DNA of 32,000 bases from Methanothrix sp. (GCF_024518575.1 NZ_JANIHG010000007.1:37035-69034), one strand, 5' to 3'; numbered from the stretch's first letter, positions 1-10,646 are shown. A program made the numbers and translations. Notes: generated from the sequence alone by a model not told the origin.

Positions 1-304
1 GGTTCTTTGTTATGTGGTACGTCTCCTCTACCTTGACCTCTGTCGGGAGACCATGACAGTCCCATCCCTGGGGAAACATGACGTTGTAGCCTCGCATCCG
101 CTTGTACCTGGCCACGAAGTCGATGTAGCACCAGTTGAGGGCGTTCCCAATATGGAAGTTCCCGGTGGGATATGGTGGGGGCGTATCGATTATGTACTGC
201 GGCTTCTCCGATCCCCAGTCGAAGTAATAGACGGATGGATCCCACCTCTCAATCCACTTCTCCTCTACCTCTTTGAAGTTGTACTCCTTGGAGATCTCGC
301 TCAT
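1..304 (-). CDS. valS: Valine--tRNA ligase, N-terminal fragment (gene runs off the window start)
   Basis: Absent from the ORF track because it runs off the edge. Minus-strand translation from ATG 304-302 reads [94 protein letters not shown]. It has a class-I aaRS HIGH-type signature (here HIGN), [10 protein letters not shown] and WDCHGLPTE, as in archaeal ValRS. The + ORF 14-319 is its antisense shadow. Confidence 0.8.
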   Translation of the reverse strand, partial: MSEISKEYNFKEVEEKWIERWDPSVYYFDWGSEKPQYIIDTPPPYPTGNFHIGNALNWCYIDFVARYKRMRGYNVMFPQGWDCHGLPTEVKVEETYHITKN

Positions 305-388
305 CGGGATAGCTCCTGATACTTCTCCCCTTACAGGGATGTACGGAGGGATGAACACAACGTTAATAGGATTATCGGTATACTTCAT

Positions 389-880
389 ATGATGCACCTC
401 CTGATATACCACGCAAACCAGTGCGATCCGAAGAAATGCACGGGAAGAAAGCTGGCGCGGTTCGGAATTGCAAGACTCACCCACAGGATCAGCGATCTCA
501 GAGGCTACCTGGTTCTCAGCCCGTTTTCCGAGCGGGCTTTATCTCCCGCAGATAGGACTCTCGTAAGAGGGCTTGCAGCGCTTGATTGCAGCTGGGCGGA
601 GGCCGAGAGGGTCTTCGAGAGGATACATGCAAACACAAGAGCCCTGCCGTTTCTCCTTGCCGCCAACCCTGTGAACTTTGGCAAGCCATTCAAGCTGTCA
701 ACCGCGGAGGCGCTCGCTGCTGCTCTCTTCATTCTGGGCGAGAGGGAGCAGGCAGAGCTTGTGCTCTCGAAGTTCTCCTGGGGGCACACATTCCTCGAGC
801 TCAACAGAGAGCCTCTCGAGGAGTACGCAGCCGCAGAGGACAGCGCTGAGATCGTGAGGATACAGAGCGAGTACATCTGA
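389..880 (+). CDS. tsr3: 16S rRNA aminocarboxypropyltransferase Tsr3 (DUF367 family)
   Basis: 163 aa. The N-terminal [20 protein letters not shown] motif and [22 protein letters not shown] are typical of Tsr3. It is divergent from valS across an 84-bp spacer. Confidence 0.85.
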   Translation: MMHLLIYHANQCDPKKCTGRKLARFGIARLTHRISDLRGYLVLSPFSERALSPADRTLVRGLAALDCSWAEAERVFERIHANTRALPFLLAANPVNFGKPFKLSTAEALAAALFILGEREQAELVLSKFSWGHTFLELNREPLEEYAAAEDSAEIVRIQSEYI

Positions 881-1222
881 ATGTAGGAACCAGCGCGCTG
901 GAGTTCTGCGAAGCAAAGCACAAAACAGATCCGCTCTCAGCAACCTGATGGCCGGCTCCAGGAGCATTGGTTTCTCCCTCTGATCAGGCGATGAATGAGA
1001 TCAACAGCGATGGCACAACGTGCCAACCATATAAGAGATCCTGTAATAAGAGATCGTGTAATCGCGCCTTCAGTATCAAGTAATTGATACCTTTTAGGGC
1101 TTCAGTCTCAATTGGATCAACCAAAATTCAAGCGCAAGAACAGCTGTGACCAGGATCGCGAGCTCGACAAAAACCAACTTGCATCGACGTCCTAAGGGCG
1201 CTCGAGAGTATTAAGATAGTAT

Positions 1223-1229
1223 AAAAAAA
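1223..1229 (-). terminator. Oligo-T tract (T7 on minus strand) just downstream of the hsp20 stop
   Basis: Minus strand reads TAA-ACAGCAAAACTATTTTTTTATAC. Archaeal termination commonly uses oligo-T tracts. Confidence 0.4.
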
Positions 1230-1241
1230 TAGTTTTGCTGT

Positions 1242-1829
1242 TTACTCTATCTTGACCTCCTTGCCCTTCCGCTTCTCCTTCTTCTCGAGCGTCAGGGTGA
1301 GCACGCCGTTGTTGTAGGTGGCCTTCGCGCTGTCCGGATCAACAGGGCGCTCCAGCTGGATCATCTTGTAGAACCTCTTCTCGTCATCCGTCCTGATCTC
1401 GACGCTGTCCTCGGCGACATCAAGCTTGACATTGGACTTGTCCACGCCCGGCAGCTCCACGAAGATCTTGTAGCTGTCCTTCTCCTCCATTATATCGACA
1501 AGAGGCTCGCGTCCTATGCTGGCCTCGATGCCGCGATAAGATGGCCTGATGTTGCCGAACTCCCTGAAGATCGGCTCCTTCCCTGGCTCGACCACGTAGC
1601 TGAAGCCGTACACAAACGGCCCGTACCTTCTGACCTTGCCCTCAGGAGTCTCCTCCTCCCGGACGAGCTCCCTGAACTCCTTCGGCATCTCGGTCTCAAA
1701 CCTCTTTACCATCTCCTCGAAGGGGGACAGGAACCAGTCCTCCTCAAAGCGCTCCTTTCGCTCGAACGGGAATCCTCTCATGAAGCTCTCGAATATATCA
1801 AAGATCGATGGATACCTTCTCCTCCACAT
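1242..1829 (-). CDS. Small heat-shock protein, Hsp20/alpha-crystallin family
   Basis: C-terminal alpha-crystallin domain (DIMEEKDSYKIFVELPGVDKSNVKLDVAEDSVEIRTD...ATYNNGVLTLTLEKK). The ORF track starts at GTG 1838. ATG 1829 is preferred because GAGGTGA (1841-1835) lies 5 nt upstream of it. Confidence 0.9.
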   Translation of the reverse strand: MWRRRYPSIFDIFESFMRGFPFERKERFEEDWFLSPFEEMVKRFETEMPKEFRELVREEETPEGKVRRYGPFVYGFSYVVEPGKEPIFREFGNIRPSYRGIEASIGREPLVDIMEEKDSYKIFVELPGVDKSNVKLDVAEDSVEIRTDDEKRFYKMIQLERPVDPDSAKATYNNGVLTLTLEKKEKRKGKEVKIE

Positions 1830-1863
1830 TCTTTTCACCTCAGTATGTTATAGTTTTGAGGTA

Positions 1864-1873
1864 CTATAAATAT
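1864..1873 (-). promoter_or_regulatory. Putative TATA box for hsp20
   Basis: Minus strand ATATTTATAG lies about 35-45 nt upstream of the hsp20 ATG. The predicted transcription start would leave the GAGGTGA Shine-Dalgarno sequence within a short leader. Confidence 0.35.
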
Positions 1874-2185
1874 TTTTCTGTAAAACAGGCACACGCTGAT
1901 TCATGTCAAATAATTTTGCTTTGTTTCATGTGTGCAGCATGCATGTTCACAGAGTAAATTCGCGAAGATGCCTGCTTGGTCATGGTCCTGGTTCGCAGAG
2001 CAATCCAGCGAAAACAGATGACCGATTACCACAGACACACTGAGTTGTCTGCGAGGAATCAACTGCATAAAACCTCACAAACCATTCGATGTCACATGCT
2101 TGATCCCAAATGCTATTCACGACCCCATCGCAGATCCTGACTGCGAGGGTACGCGAGTATATACCGGACGCAGGAAACAGCACAT

Positions 2186-2515
2186 ATGATGACAGAAGAT
2201 GCAAAGAGCTCCAGGCTGAACAATCCCGATGTCTCCTACGTCGAAGCTAGATGGTGGGAGTCCGCTGAGGATCACAAATTTGCGCTGGAGGTTTTGCAGT
2301 TACCGCTCAGGCGGAATATACTGAGGTTCATGGGTCTGATTGCCAGGAGCAGAGAGGAGATCGAAAAAGAATTTGGATTAAACGCAGATCAGGCCACGTA
2401 CCATCTCGCGATGCTTGAAAAAGCTCTGGTTGTTGAGCAAGTTGGGAACGGCTACAGGCCCACGGCTACCGGCAAACTCTACCTGGAAAAGGTGGATGCC
2501 CGATTGAGACAATAA
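2186..2515 (+). CDS. Small winged-helix (ArsR-like) transcriptional regulator
   Basis: 109 aa. LPLRRNILRFMGLIARSREEIEKEFGLNADQATYHLAMLEKALVVEQ fits an HTH plus wing pattern. It is divergent from hsp20. Confidence 0.6.
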   Translation: MMTEDAKSSRLNNPDVSYVEARWWESAEDHKFALEVLQLPLRRNILRFMGLIARSREEIEKEFGLNADQATYHLAMLEKALVVEQVGNGYRPTATGKLYLEKVDARLRQ

Positions 2516-2640
2516 ATCTAAAGAAAGGCCAGCCTCAACCGAGAACGTGACATCCCTGAAGGGGGTATCCTGCCCTTGTGACATCCTCCCTTCCTCTGAA
2601 GTGGGTCTTCTGCCTGATTTCCTATAATCACGAGCTGAGG

Positions 2641-3873
2641 TCACACGTCCATCGGCGTGGACCCTGAAATCTCCCCTGCCAGGGATCTTGACATCATCTC
2701 CCTGGCCTCATCAAGGCTCGATGTGTTCGCTAGGACCCACATGAGCTTGACCAGGGCCACCTCAGGGAGCATGTCCTCCGCCTCAATTGCGCCTGCAGCC
2801 AGCATATCCCTCCCCGTGTCGTAGACCCTGTCGCATATCCTCCCCCTGAGGCACTGGGACGCCACAACCACGGGTATGCCATTTTCTGTGGCTTTTTTGA
2901 TTGATGGGATCCAGTCCGATGCGACATGTCCCAGACCTGTACCCTCGATGACTATCCCCCTGTAGCCTGATTCTATGAGGTGATCGAATATCTCTGGATC
3001 CGCGCCCGGGAAGTACTTTATCAGGGCGCACCTCGGCTCGAGATTGTCGAACATCTGGAGCTCACACTCACCACGCTTTCTGTAATCAGAGAACGTCTCT
3101 ATCCTTCGTGTGGAGTAATCGACCCTGCCGATCGGGGGTTGGTTGACTGACTGGAACGCATCCCTTCTCGAAGTATGCATCTTGCGAACCCTGGTGCCCC
3201 TATGAATTAAACAGCAATCATCGCTGGTGCTTCCGTGCATGACAACGCAGACCTCTGCGATATCGCTCACCGCGACTGTTGAGGCGCAGATCGCGTTCAT
3301 CGCCGCATCGCTGCTTGGCCTGTCCGAGCTCCTCTGCGAGCCGACGAGAACCACAGGCACCGGCGTTCTGAGCATGAATGAGAGGGCAGCTGCCGTGTAC
3401 GTCATTGTGTCTGTGCCATGGGTTATCACAACTCCAGCCGCGCCATTTCTGATCTCCTCAGCGACAGCCCTTGCGAGCTCGATCCAGTACTCCGCGCGCA
3501 TGTTCTCGCTGAGTATTGTGTAAAGAACTCTTGCGCGGTACCGTGCGATCTCCCCCAGCTCCGGTATCGCTGAGATTATCTCCTCAGCAGAGAACTGGCT
3601 TGTCACAGCCCCGGTCCTGTAATCGACCTTGCTGGCTATCGTGCCGCCCGTTGAAATAATCGAGACCAGAGGCAGGTCCTCGCGCATCCGTATCTGCTCA
3701 GGCGGCTTCTCCTTCTTTCGCGGCTTTTCGAGAACCTCTATCCTGTCAGCAATGAGCCCGATGTTGTAGCCGTTGCTGAGCTTTATAACGACATGATCGC
3801 TGCGCGAGGGCATCAGTATCCCCTCGTATCTCATGTCTCCCTTTATCACAGCCACCCTGTCTCCAAGCTCCAT
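2641..3873 (-). CDS. gatD: Glutamyl-tRNA(Gln) amidotransferase subunit D
   Basis: 410 aa. N-terminal GatD-specific domain ([20 protein letters not shown]) followed by an asparaginase-type domain ([17 protein letters not shown]...[15 protein letters not shown]). Confidence 0.9.
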   Translation of the reverse strand: MELGDRVAVIKGDMRYEGILMPSRSDHVVIKLSNGYNIGLIADRIEVLEKPRKKEKPPEQIRMREDLPLVSIISTGGTIASKVDYRTGAVTSQFSAEEIISAIPELGEIARYRARVLYTILSENMRAEYWIELARAVAEEIRNGAAGVVITHGTDTMTYTAAALSFMLRTPVPVVLVGSQRSSDRPSSDAAMNAICASTVAVSDIAEVCVVMHGSTSDDCCLIHRGTRVRKMHTSRRDAFQSVNQPPIGRVDYSTRRIETFSDYRKRGECELQMFDNLEPRCALIKYFPGADPEIFDHLIESGYRGIVIEGTGLGHVASDWIPSIKKATENGIPVVVASQCLRGRICDRVYDTGRDMLAAGAIEAEDMLPEVALVKLMWVLANTSSLDEAREMMSRSLAGEISGSTPMDV

Positions 3874-3882
3874 GGACGCACC

Positions 3883-4611
3883 TCAAAGCGTTTTTGCAAA
3901 CTCCAGCGCCGCTCTCAGATCGAGCATGCCGGTGTATATTGCGGTGCCTATCACAGCGCCTGCCGCGCCTGCCCCGCTGAGAAGCCTCAGGTCCTGGAGG
4001 GAGCTGACACCCCCTGCTGCTATCACCGGTATGCTAACCGCCTCGACCAGCTCCCTGGTCGGTTCAGGATCGACACCGCGCTGCTGACCCTCTGTATCTA
4101 TGTTCGTAAAAAGAATCGAGCCCGCACCGAAGCTCTCGAAGACTATGCCGAGCTCGATCGCATCGAACTCAAGCGTCCTCTGCCAGCCCTCCGATGTCAC
4201 CCGCCCGTTCCTCACATCCAGGGCAACCATGATGCGATCCGGGCCGTACTCGTCTGAAAGACGCATAACGACTGGAGGATCTCTGAGAGCCATAGTGCCC
4301 AGTATGACTCGATCCACACCTGTATCCAGGATCTCTCCGACATCGGAGCGGCTCCGTATCCCACCACCGACCTGGACAAATACGTCGAGCTCCTCGACGA
4401 TTCTTTTAAGTATCGGCGCGTTCAGCCTGACGCCCTCTATTGCGCCGTCTAGATCTATGATGTGCAGGTGGTCAGCGCCCATCTCCACCCATCTGAGCGC
4501 CTGACCCAGAGGATCGTCCAGCGAGACGACCTCGCTGCCAGGAACCCCCTGGACGAGCTGGACGCATCTCCCGCCGCGCAGGTCCACTGCAGGAAATACA
4601 TCAAACGACAT
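3883..4611 (-). CDS. hisA: ProFAR isomerase HisA
   Basis: MSFDVFPAVDLRGGRCVQLVQG...VQVGGGIRS...VIAAGGVSSLQDL. The ORF track extends to 4740, but the conserved N-terminus begins at ATG 4611. The gene ends 9 bp upstream of gatD. Confidence 0.9.
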   Translation of the reverse strand: MSFDVFPAVDLRGGRCVQLVQGVPGSEVVSLDDPLGQALRWVEMGADHLHIIDLDGAIEGVRLNAPILKRIVEELDVFVQVGGGIRSRSDVGEILDTGVDRVILGTMALRDPPVVMRLSDEYGPDRIMVALDVRNGRVTSEGWQRTLEFDAIELGIVFESFGAGSILFTNIDTEGQQRGVDPEPTRELVEAVSIPVIAAGGVSSLQDLRLLSGAGAAGAVIGTAIYTGMLDLRAALEFAKTL

Positions 4612-4887
4612 GATGGCACATGAGTAAAAGCTGCAGTGATATAACACTTGGCCTGAGGAAGCTGTGACACTGGCCGCTCCGAAAATGTACCGGCTCGTGC
4701 ATTCATGTAACCAACCGCAGAGAGGGGGAGAAGTCATCATTTATGCAGCTGGACAGCCAGGTTCAAACCTGCGGTACGATTTCAAGCCGCATCTGACCTG
4801 GCTAAGTGAACGCTCCCCGCCCTGAAGGGGGGGCTTCCCGTGCGCCCCCCAGAAGATAAAGCATTTAGGCCAGATCACGTTCAGGGG

Positions 4888-6156
4888 ATGGGTGATAGAT
4901 TGGAGAATAGCATCGTGAAGGATATCAGGCTCGCGGAAGCGGGCGAGAGATGGATCGAGTGGGCAAGAAGGCGCATGCCTGTACTTCAGCTCATAAAGGA
5001 GGAGTTTGAGAGGGAGAGGCCACTTGGAGGCATAAGGATAGTTGCATGTCTGCATGTGACAGTAGAGACGGCCAACCTGATAGAGACGCTGCGCGCAGGG
5101 GGCGCCGAGATCGCTCTCACAGGATCGAACCCGCTGAGCACCCAGGATGATGTTGCAGCTGCTCTCGCTTCTCGGGGCATACACGTCTACGCATTTCGCG
5201 GCGAGAACGAGAGGGAGTACTACGAGTGCATAGAGCACGCCCTCGAGCTCCGCCCCAATGTGACGCTCGATGACGGCGCCGACACGATAGCGGTCGTGCA
5301 CAAAAGCCACCGCGAGCTTCTGCCTGACATACTCGGAGGGTGCGAGGAGACCACGACAGGGGTCATGAGGCTCAGGGCGATGGCTGAAGATGGCGCTCTG
5401 GCTTACCCTGTGATAGCGGTGAACGACGCCGAGACGAAGATGATGTTCGACAACAGATACGGCACGGGGCAGTCGACAGTTCACGGGATAATGAACGCGA
5501 CGAACTTTCTCTTCGCCGGAAAGACCGTGGTCGTCGCAGGCTACGGCTGGTGCGGCCGTGGGTTCGCGATGCGTGCTAGGGGCATGGGGGCGAACGTCAT
5601 CGTTGTTGAGACCGAGCCGAGAAAGGCGCTCGAGGCTGCGATGGACGGCTACAGGGTCATGTCAATGCGATCGGCAGCGCCGCTGGGAGATCTCTTCGTG
5701 ACGCTCACAGGAGACATAAATGTGATAAGAAGGGAGCACTTCGAGCTCATGAAGGATCAGGCGATACTGGCGAACAGCGGCCACTTCAATGTCGAGATCG
5801 ACATACCCGGACTGGAGAGCATGGCTGTCTCCACTGACGAGATCCAGCCCAACGTTAAAGAGTACGTCATGCGCGATGGGCGCAGGATATACCTGCTCGC
5901 AGAGGGCAGGCTGATCAACCTGGCAGCTGCGTACGGCCATCCCCCGGAGGTCATGGACATGTCGTTCGCAAATCAGGCGCTTTCGGTGAGATACATCGTC
6001 GAGAACGGCAGGAGGCTTGAGAGGAAGGTCTATTCCGTCCCGGTCGAGATCGACAGGAGGGTGGCAGAGCTCAAGCTGAAGGCGATGGGGATAGAGATCG
6101 AGAGGCTGACTCCAGAGCAGGACAGGTACCTGCACAGCTGGCAGATGGGGACATGA
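4888..6156 (+). CDS. ahcY: Adenosylhomocysteinase (S-adenosyl- or S-inosyl-L-homocysteine hydrolase)
   Basis: Conserved SAHH blocks ([24 protein letters not shown]-binding [31 protein letters not shown]). The track start at 4840 is GTG; ATG 4888 ([19 protein letters not shown]) is more likely. Confidence 0.92.
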   Translation: MGDRLENSIVKDIRLAEAGERWIEWARRRMPVLQLIKEEFERERPLGGIRIVACLHVTVETANLIETLRAGGAEIALTGSNPLSTQDDVAAALASRGIHVYAFRGENEREYYECIEHALELRPNVTLDDGADTIAVVHKSHRELLPDILGGCEETTTGVMRLRAMAEDGALAYPVIAVNDAETKMMFDNRYGTGQSTVHGIMNATNFLFAGKTVVVAGYGWCGRGFAMRARGMGANVIVVETEPRKALEAAMDGYRVMSMRSAAPLGDLFVTLTGDINVIRREHFELMKDQAILANSGHFNVEIDIPGLESMAVSTDEIQPNVKEYVMRDGRRIYLLAEGRLINLAAAYGHPPEVMDMSFANQALSVRYIVENGRRLERKVYSVPVEIDRRVAELKLKAMGIEIERLTPEQDRYLHSWQMGT

Positions 6157-7244
6157 GCATGGACATAACCAGAGACAGCATTGAGAGTTATCTCAAAAGC
6201 ATATTCGGAGAGGGTGCCAGGCTCTCGTCCATACGAAAGCTGGGGGAGACAATCCCGACCACGGGGGATGTGAAGGGCTTCGGGTACGGCAGCCCGCTGC
6301 TGATCGAGTATCTGCTTGACGACAGGAAGGAGTACCTTGTGCTCTCGACCATGAGGGTTCAGCACGGCTTCGGGCACGATCATTTCTCGGACAGGGCACA
6401 GGTCATGCTCTGGCAGCACTCAGCATTCAACAAGCTTCCAAGGCATGTGAGATCGATAGATGTGGGGTATTTCACCACATCCGGGGAGATGAGATCCTGT
6501 GGCGATGCGCATGAGTTCTTTCTTGTGATGGAGAAAATCGAGGGGAAGGAGTACTTCTTCGATCTGGAGCGGGTCAAGGAGAGCGGGGCCACAGATCTCG
6601 ACAGAGCGCGAGCTTCTGCGCTCGCGGATTATCTTGCTGATATACACAGCGTGAAGCACAGCTGCCCGCCGCTTTACAGGCGCAAGATCAGGGACACGAT
6701 CGGCCACGGTGAGGGGATCATGGGCATTCTCGATGATTATCCGGACGCTCCCGAGTTCCTCGAGCGCGGCGAGCTCTGCGAGATCGAGAAGAGGTGTGTG
6801 GAGTGGCGCTGGAGGCTCAGATCAATGACCCACAGGCTCTGCCAGGTCCACGGCGATTTCCATCCGTGGAATGTGATGTTCAGGGAGTGCAGCGATTTCT
6901 CTGTGCTTGACAGGAGCAGGGGTGAGTGGGGCGAGGCAGCTGACGACCTGAGCGCGATGTCTATGAACTACATATTCTACTCAGTTCAGAAGGAGATGAG
7001 GCTTGCAGGAGGTCTCAGGGAGCTGTTCGAGATCTTCTTTGAGAGGTATTTGGAGAGGACCGGTGATGAGGAGGTTCTAGACGTGATAGCGCCGTTCTTC
7101 GCGTTCAGAGCTGTTGTTGTGGCCAGCCCAACCTGGTACCCCCTGCTCTCGTATGATGTCAGGAGGGTTCTCTTCAACTTCCTGGAGAACGTTCTGGACG
7201 ATGATTCGTTCGATTACAGGAATGTGAACAAGTATCTGACGTAG
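6153..7244 (+). CDS. Predicted kinase, aminoglycoside-phosphotransferase/choline-kinase fold; substrate unknown
   Basis: 363 aa. Hinge-like [11 protein letters not shown], catalytic-loop motif [11 protein letters not shown] (HxDxxxxN), and then [17 protein letters not shown]. The start overlaps the ahcY stop (ATGA), and the stop abuts the next ATG. Confidence 0.65.
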   Translation: MSMDITRDSIESYLKSIFGEGARLSSIRKLGETIPTTGDVKGFGYGSPLLIEYLLDDRKEYLVLSTMRVQHGFGHDHFSDRAQVMLWQHSAFNKLPRHVRSIDVGYFTTSGEMRSCGDAHEFFLVMEKIEGKEYFFDLERVKESGATDLDRARASALADYLADIHSVKHSCPPLYRRKIRDTIGHGEGIMGILDDYPDAPEFLERGELCEIEKRCVEWRWRLRSMTHRLCQVHGDFHPWNVMFRECSDFSVLDRSRGEWGEAADDLSAMSMNYIFYSVQKEMRLAGGLRELFEIFFERYLERTGDEEVLDVIAPFFAFRAVVVASPTWYPLLSYDVRRVLFNFLENVLDDDSFDYRNVNKYLT

Positions 7245-8255
7245 ATGGCAAAGCTCTACGCATTCGAGCTCTCCGGAGAGCATCCGACGGTGCCGAGGAG
7301 CGAGGCGCTTTCGCTCCTCAGAATTCATGCTGTGTCCTTCAGAGAGGTGGCCGGAACAGAGCGCTGTCTGCTTGTGGAAGCTGATGGTCTCGATCATAGA
7401 ATCCTGGAGCGCAGGCTAGCGATGAGCCACAGGATCCTCGAGGTCCTCAAAGTATGTGATGCCTGCCCTGAAAGCATTGAGCAGGCGCTCCGCTCTCTTG
7501 ATCTCCCAAGGCTGAGCTACAGAATCCGGGCCAGCCGTCTCGGAGAGGGGATCAAAAGCCACGATCTCGAGCGCATGGCTGGAAGGGTGCTCCACGCAAT
7601 GGGCTACAAGGCAGATCTTGAGAATCCTGAGATGGATATCCGCGCGATCATATCCAGCAATAAAGTTGTATTCGGATACGAGATAGCAACGCCTGACAGG
7701 AGTGGATTTGAGAGGCGCAGACCGCATCTGAAGCCGTTCTTCTACCCGGGGGTTCTGATGCCGAGAATGGCGAGGGCTCTGGTCAATATCTCAATGGTAA
7801 GGCCTGGAGAGATGCTTCTCGATCCGTTCTCCGGAACGGCCGGAATTCTGGTTGAAGCATGTCTCATAGGTGTGAGAGGCATGGGCGTGGACGTGCAGGA
7901 GAAGCTGAACAGGGGCGCCAGGGCGAACCTGGAGGGCATGGAGGCAGATCTGATACTCGGGGATGCCATGTCTCTGCCATTAAAAAATTCTTCAGTTGAC
8001 GCCGTTGTCACCGATACGCCCTATGGCAGATCCGCGGTGATAAAGGCGCGATCGAAGGACGAGATTCTGTCGAGGAGCTTCGAGGAGATTCACCGGGTTC
8101 TTAAAGCTGGAAGGCGTGCAGTGATCATCACAGACAGCCCCGCAGAGGAGCTGCTGAGCTCTAAGGGTTTCAGGATAGCCGAGCTGCACAGCGACAGGGT
8201 CCACAGGAGTCTGACCAGATACATTCACGTCTGTGAGAGACCTGTGGACTTTTGA
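7245..8255 (+). CDS. trm11: THUMP-domain tRNA (guanine-N2)-methyltransferase, Trm11/Trm-G10-like
   Basis: 336 aa. The N-terminus resembles archaeal Trm-G10 (MAKLYAFELSGEHPTVPRSEALSLL). SAM motif I DPFSGTAGILVEA and motif IV VVTDTPYG are present. Confidence 0.7.
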   Translation: MAKLYAFELSGEHPTVPRSEALSLLRIHAVSFREVAGTERCLLVEADGLDHRILERRLAMSHRILEVLKVCDACPESIEQALRSLDLPRLSYRIRASRLGEGIKSHDLERMAGRVLHAMGYKADLENPEMDIRAIISSNKVVFGYEIATPDRSGFERRRPHLKPFFYPGVLMPRMARALVNISMVRPGEMLLDPFSGTAGILVEACLIGVRGMGVDVQEKLNRGARANLEGMEADLILGDAMSLPLKNSSVDAVVTDTPYGRSAVIKARSKDEILSRSFEEIHRVLKAGRRAVIITDSPAEELLSSKGFRIAELHSDRVHRSLTRYIHVCERPVDF

Positions 8256-8318
8256 AATACGGGCTACATATTAATACATGGATTCTAAATCACAACTCGG
8301 CATTTTAAGGGGTTCGGC

Positions 8319-9128
8319 ATGACGGTATGCGACGACTTCGATCTTGCAGAGGATCTGCTCAAGGGCTTTACCAGATCTGCGATACGGACCAAGGTCCTTC
8401 TCTCGCTCAAGGATGGCGAGCTGACCGCAGCAGATCTTGAGAGATCGCTGGGAACCAGGGCATCGACAATACTGCATGCGGTCAAGGATATGATCGAGGG
8501 AGGTACGGTTGCCAGGACCTTCAGGGGATACAGGCTCACAAACCTGGGTCGCATTCAGGCATTGATGCTGAGCAGGCTTTTAAGCGCGATTGCCGTGCTG
8601 GAGAGCCACAAGGATTTCTGGATGAAACATGACATCAGCGCGATTCCCGATGATCTCCTTGTCGACATAGGCCTCCTCAGAGATGGCGAAATAGTCAGCG
8701 GAGATCCGGCCGCGATACTCAGGACGCAGCAGATATTCGTATCACAGCTCATCTCCTCTAGGAGCATATACGGCGTATCGCCCATCATAATCCCGGAGTA
8801 TCCGAAAGCGATAGACACTGCTGTGAAGAACGGGGCGCACGTGGAGCTTGTTCTCACAGCTCCGATCGTGGAGATCGTCGTGAGAGATTACAGGGACATA
8901 CTGGAGAATCTTCTCACAAAGGAGAACTTCGAGCTGTACAGGCTCGATGCTGATGTCAGAGCTGCGTTTACGGTCATCGACTCCTCGCTCTCTCTCGGCC
9001 TCTTCAGGCTCGATGGTGGATATGATATCGGCCAGGACCTGATATGCACGAGCCCTGGGGCCAGAGAATGGGGGATGAGGCTATTCGTGCACCACAAGAA
9101 AAGGGCGAAAAGAGTCACTTCTATATAA
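8319..9128 (+). CDS. wHTH transcriptional regulator with DUF1724/FilR1-like C-terminal domain
   Basis: 269 aa. N-terminal ArsR-like wHTH (RTKVLLSLKDGELTAADLERSLGTRASTILHAVKDMIEGG). This is followed by HKDFWMKHDISAIPDDLL, which I recall as typical of methanogen DUF1724 regulators. Confidence 0.55.
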   Translation: MTVCDDFDLAEDLLKGFTRSAIRTKVLLSLKDGELTAADLERSLGTRASTILHAVKDMIEGGTVARTFRGYRLTNLGRIQALMLSRLLSAIAVLESHKDFWMKHDISAIPDDLLVDIGLLRDGEIVSGDPAAILRTQQIFVSQLISSRSIYGVSPIIIPEYPKAIDTAVKNGAHVELVLTAPIVEIVVRDYRDILENLLTKENFELYRLDADVRAAFTVIDSSLSLGLFRLDGGYDIGQDLICTSPGAREWGMRLFVHHKKRAKRVTSI

Positions 9129-9303
9129 AGAGACATATGTGCTTCTATACCATCTGCTCTTATGGGCAACCTGGAGGATGTGCAAGTGTTATGGCCGCAT
9201 AATCCAGCATAGCTGGGACGTTGTTTTTACAGAGAATCTATCAACAAGAGCGATCTCGTGCGCAATATTAACATGGAGGGGCGGGCAGATCCCGCCTCGC
9301 GGC

Positions 9304-10257
9304 TCATACCAGGCCAGCGCGCTGGAGCCTCAGCAGGGCTGTTGTGTCCAGCTTCTCTCCCTTCTTGAACTGATTCAGGATCTCCTCGGCCTCGCGCTTT
9401 GCAGCTTCCTTCGCGCGATCCTCTCTGGCGTCGCGGCTCTTCTTCTTGAGGCCCATAATGATCTTATCAAAATCGCGGATCTCCCTCTGAGTCCTTATGA
9501 ACTCCCTGTGCTGCTCATCAGCCGCCTCCTGAGCCTTTATGAACTCGCGGTGCGCAGCATCCGCCTCAGCCCTCTTCTGATCCGCCTCTTTGAATGTGGC
9601 AATCATCTTGTCGTGATACTCCTGGGCCAGCTCAGCGTACCTGGTGACGTCCTCGTGATGCTTTGAGGCCTGCTCGCGCAGCGCCTGCGCCTCCTCAAGC
9701 AGCTTCTTAAGCTCCTCGTTCTTCTCGAGCTGCTCCTTCCGGAGCTTGAACTCGTTGTGGAGCATCGCGATCCTCTCGACGAGCTGCTTCTCCTTATCCG
9801 GGCTCAGCACCTCGGTCTGCTGCCTGAACTCCAGATGGTCTATCTCCCTGCGAAGCTCGCGGATCGATCTGTCCCCGGAGAGGTTGTACTTCTTCCGGAT
9901 CTCGTCGATCTTCGCGTAGATCTGGTTCGTCTTCTCGTTCAGCTCATCGCGAAGCTTCTTCGACTCTGCGACCTTGGTGTTGTACTCGTCGCGAAGCTTC
10001 TTGAGCTCCTGTGCCTTCTCTATAAGCTCCTTCGTCTCCTTGTTCAGCTCGTTCCTTTTCGCAGCCCACCTGCTGGCCTCAGCATTCAGCTGGCTGCGCT
10101 TCTCCTTGAAGATAAGCGACTCCTGTTTGAGCTTGGCCTTCTTCTCTTCCAGTTCTGCAAGCATCCCCCTTTTTTCCTCCTTTTCCAGCACATGGCTGGG
10201 GTTCTGCCTGGGCTCGCTGCCCAGCACGCCCGTGGGCGTATCTCCTCCTCTGTACAT
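9304..10257 (-). CDS. Archaeal coiled-coil protein (COG1340-like)
   Basis: 317 aa, almost entirely K/E/R/L/A heptad-like sequence. The start is uncertain: an alternative is ATG 10164 (MLAELEEKKAKL). Confidence 0.6.
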   Translation of the reverse strand: MYRGGDTPTGVLGSEPRQNPSHVLEKEEKRGMLAELEEKKAKLKQESLIFKEKRSQLNAEASRWAAKRNELNKETKELIEKAQELKKLRDEYNTKVAESKKLRDELNEKTNQIYAKIDEIRKKYNLSGDRSIRELRREIDHLEFRQQTEVLSPDKEKQLVERIAMLHNEFKLRKEQLEKNEELKKLLEEAQALREQASKHHEDVTRYAELAQEYHDKMIATFKEADQKRAEADAAHREFIKAQEAADEQHREFIRTQREIRDFDKIIMGLKKKSRDAREDRAKEAAKREAEEILNQFKKGEKLDTTALLRLQRAGLV

Positions 10258-10454
10258 TATGGGGTTCCCTCGACAGCAAATCAGCAGGGTCCTACACGTC
10301 AGATATCAACAAACAAGTGCGATCGCAAGTGCGATGGCGCCATTGTGCCGCATGCGTTCTCCACCAAAAGACATCCCTGTTGCGGACCATGCCGGTCGAC
10401 TACTGTCCAAGCGTCAGATATCTTTAACGTATTAATCTTTTGGTAGCATCTTCG

Positions 10455-10493
10455 GGACCTGTCCGAATAAGATAAAAGCCAGAGCTGAGTATA
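10455..10493 (+). repeat. 39-bp repeat, copy X (GGACCTGTCCGAATAAGATAAAAGCcAGAGCTGAGTATA)
   Basis: Matches 31876-31914 at 38 of 39 positions in the same orientation. Weaker similarity continues to about 10531, including an ATGCCnGAT(n)GAC start-like motif. Confidence 0.7.
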
Positions 10494-10646
10494 GGGTTAA
10501 TTCACTGAAAGAGAGTTTATGCCAGATAGACTACAACGCTTCCAGGAACACGCTCATCGCAGGGGCGGAACAGCCCGTAGCGCCCATAGATCTAAAACCT
10601 GTACATCATTGATGCAGTTTTGGCGATGAATTGGGAAGCGGCGCCC

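Noticed and set aside
14-319. 101-aa + strand ORF at the window start
   Set aside because: It is the antisense shadow of the valS N-terminus. The minus-strand reading has clear aaRS motifs and this ORF has none.
930-1010. Possible C/D-box sRNA in the tsr3/hsp20 intergenic region (CTGATGG ... CTGA ... GATGAA)
   Set aside because: The box sequences are imperfect, and no properly spaced terminal C/D pair or kink-turn stem could be assembled.
2554-2565. CCCTGAAGGG-type mini-hairpin motif seen three times (2554, 4820, and inverted at 24271)
   Set aside because: The stem is only 3-4 bp and the shared core about 10 nt. Without genome-wide statistics this cannot be separated from chance in GC-rich DNA.
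4741-5484. 247-aa minus-strand ORF
   Set aside because: It lies antisense to the strongly conserved ahcY coding sequence and has a low-complexity, motif-free translation.
9139-10446. Several long + strand ORFs opposite the coiled-coil gene
   Set aside because: They are leucine/serine-rich mirror-image translations of a K/E/L-rich coiled-coil gene. This is a typical shadow-ORF artefact.
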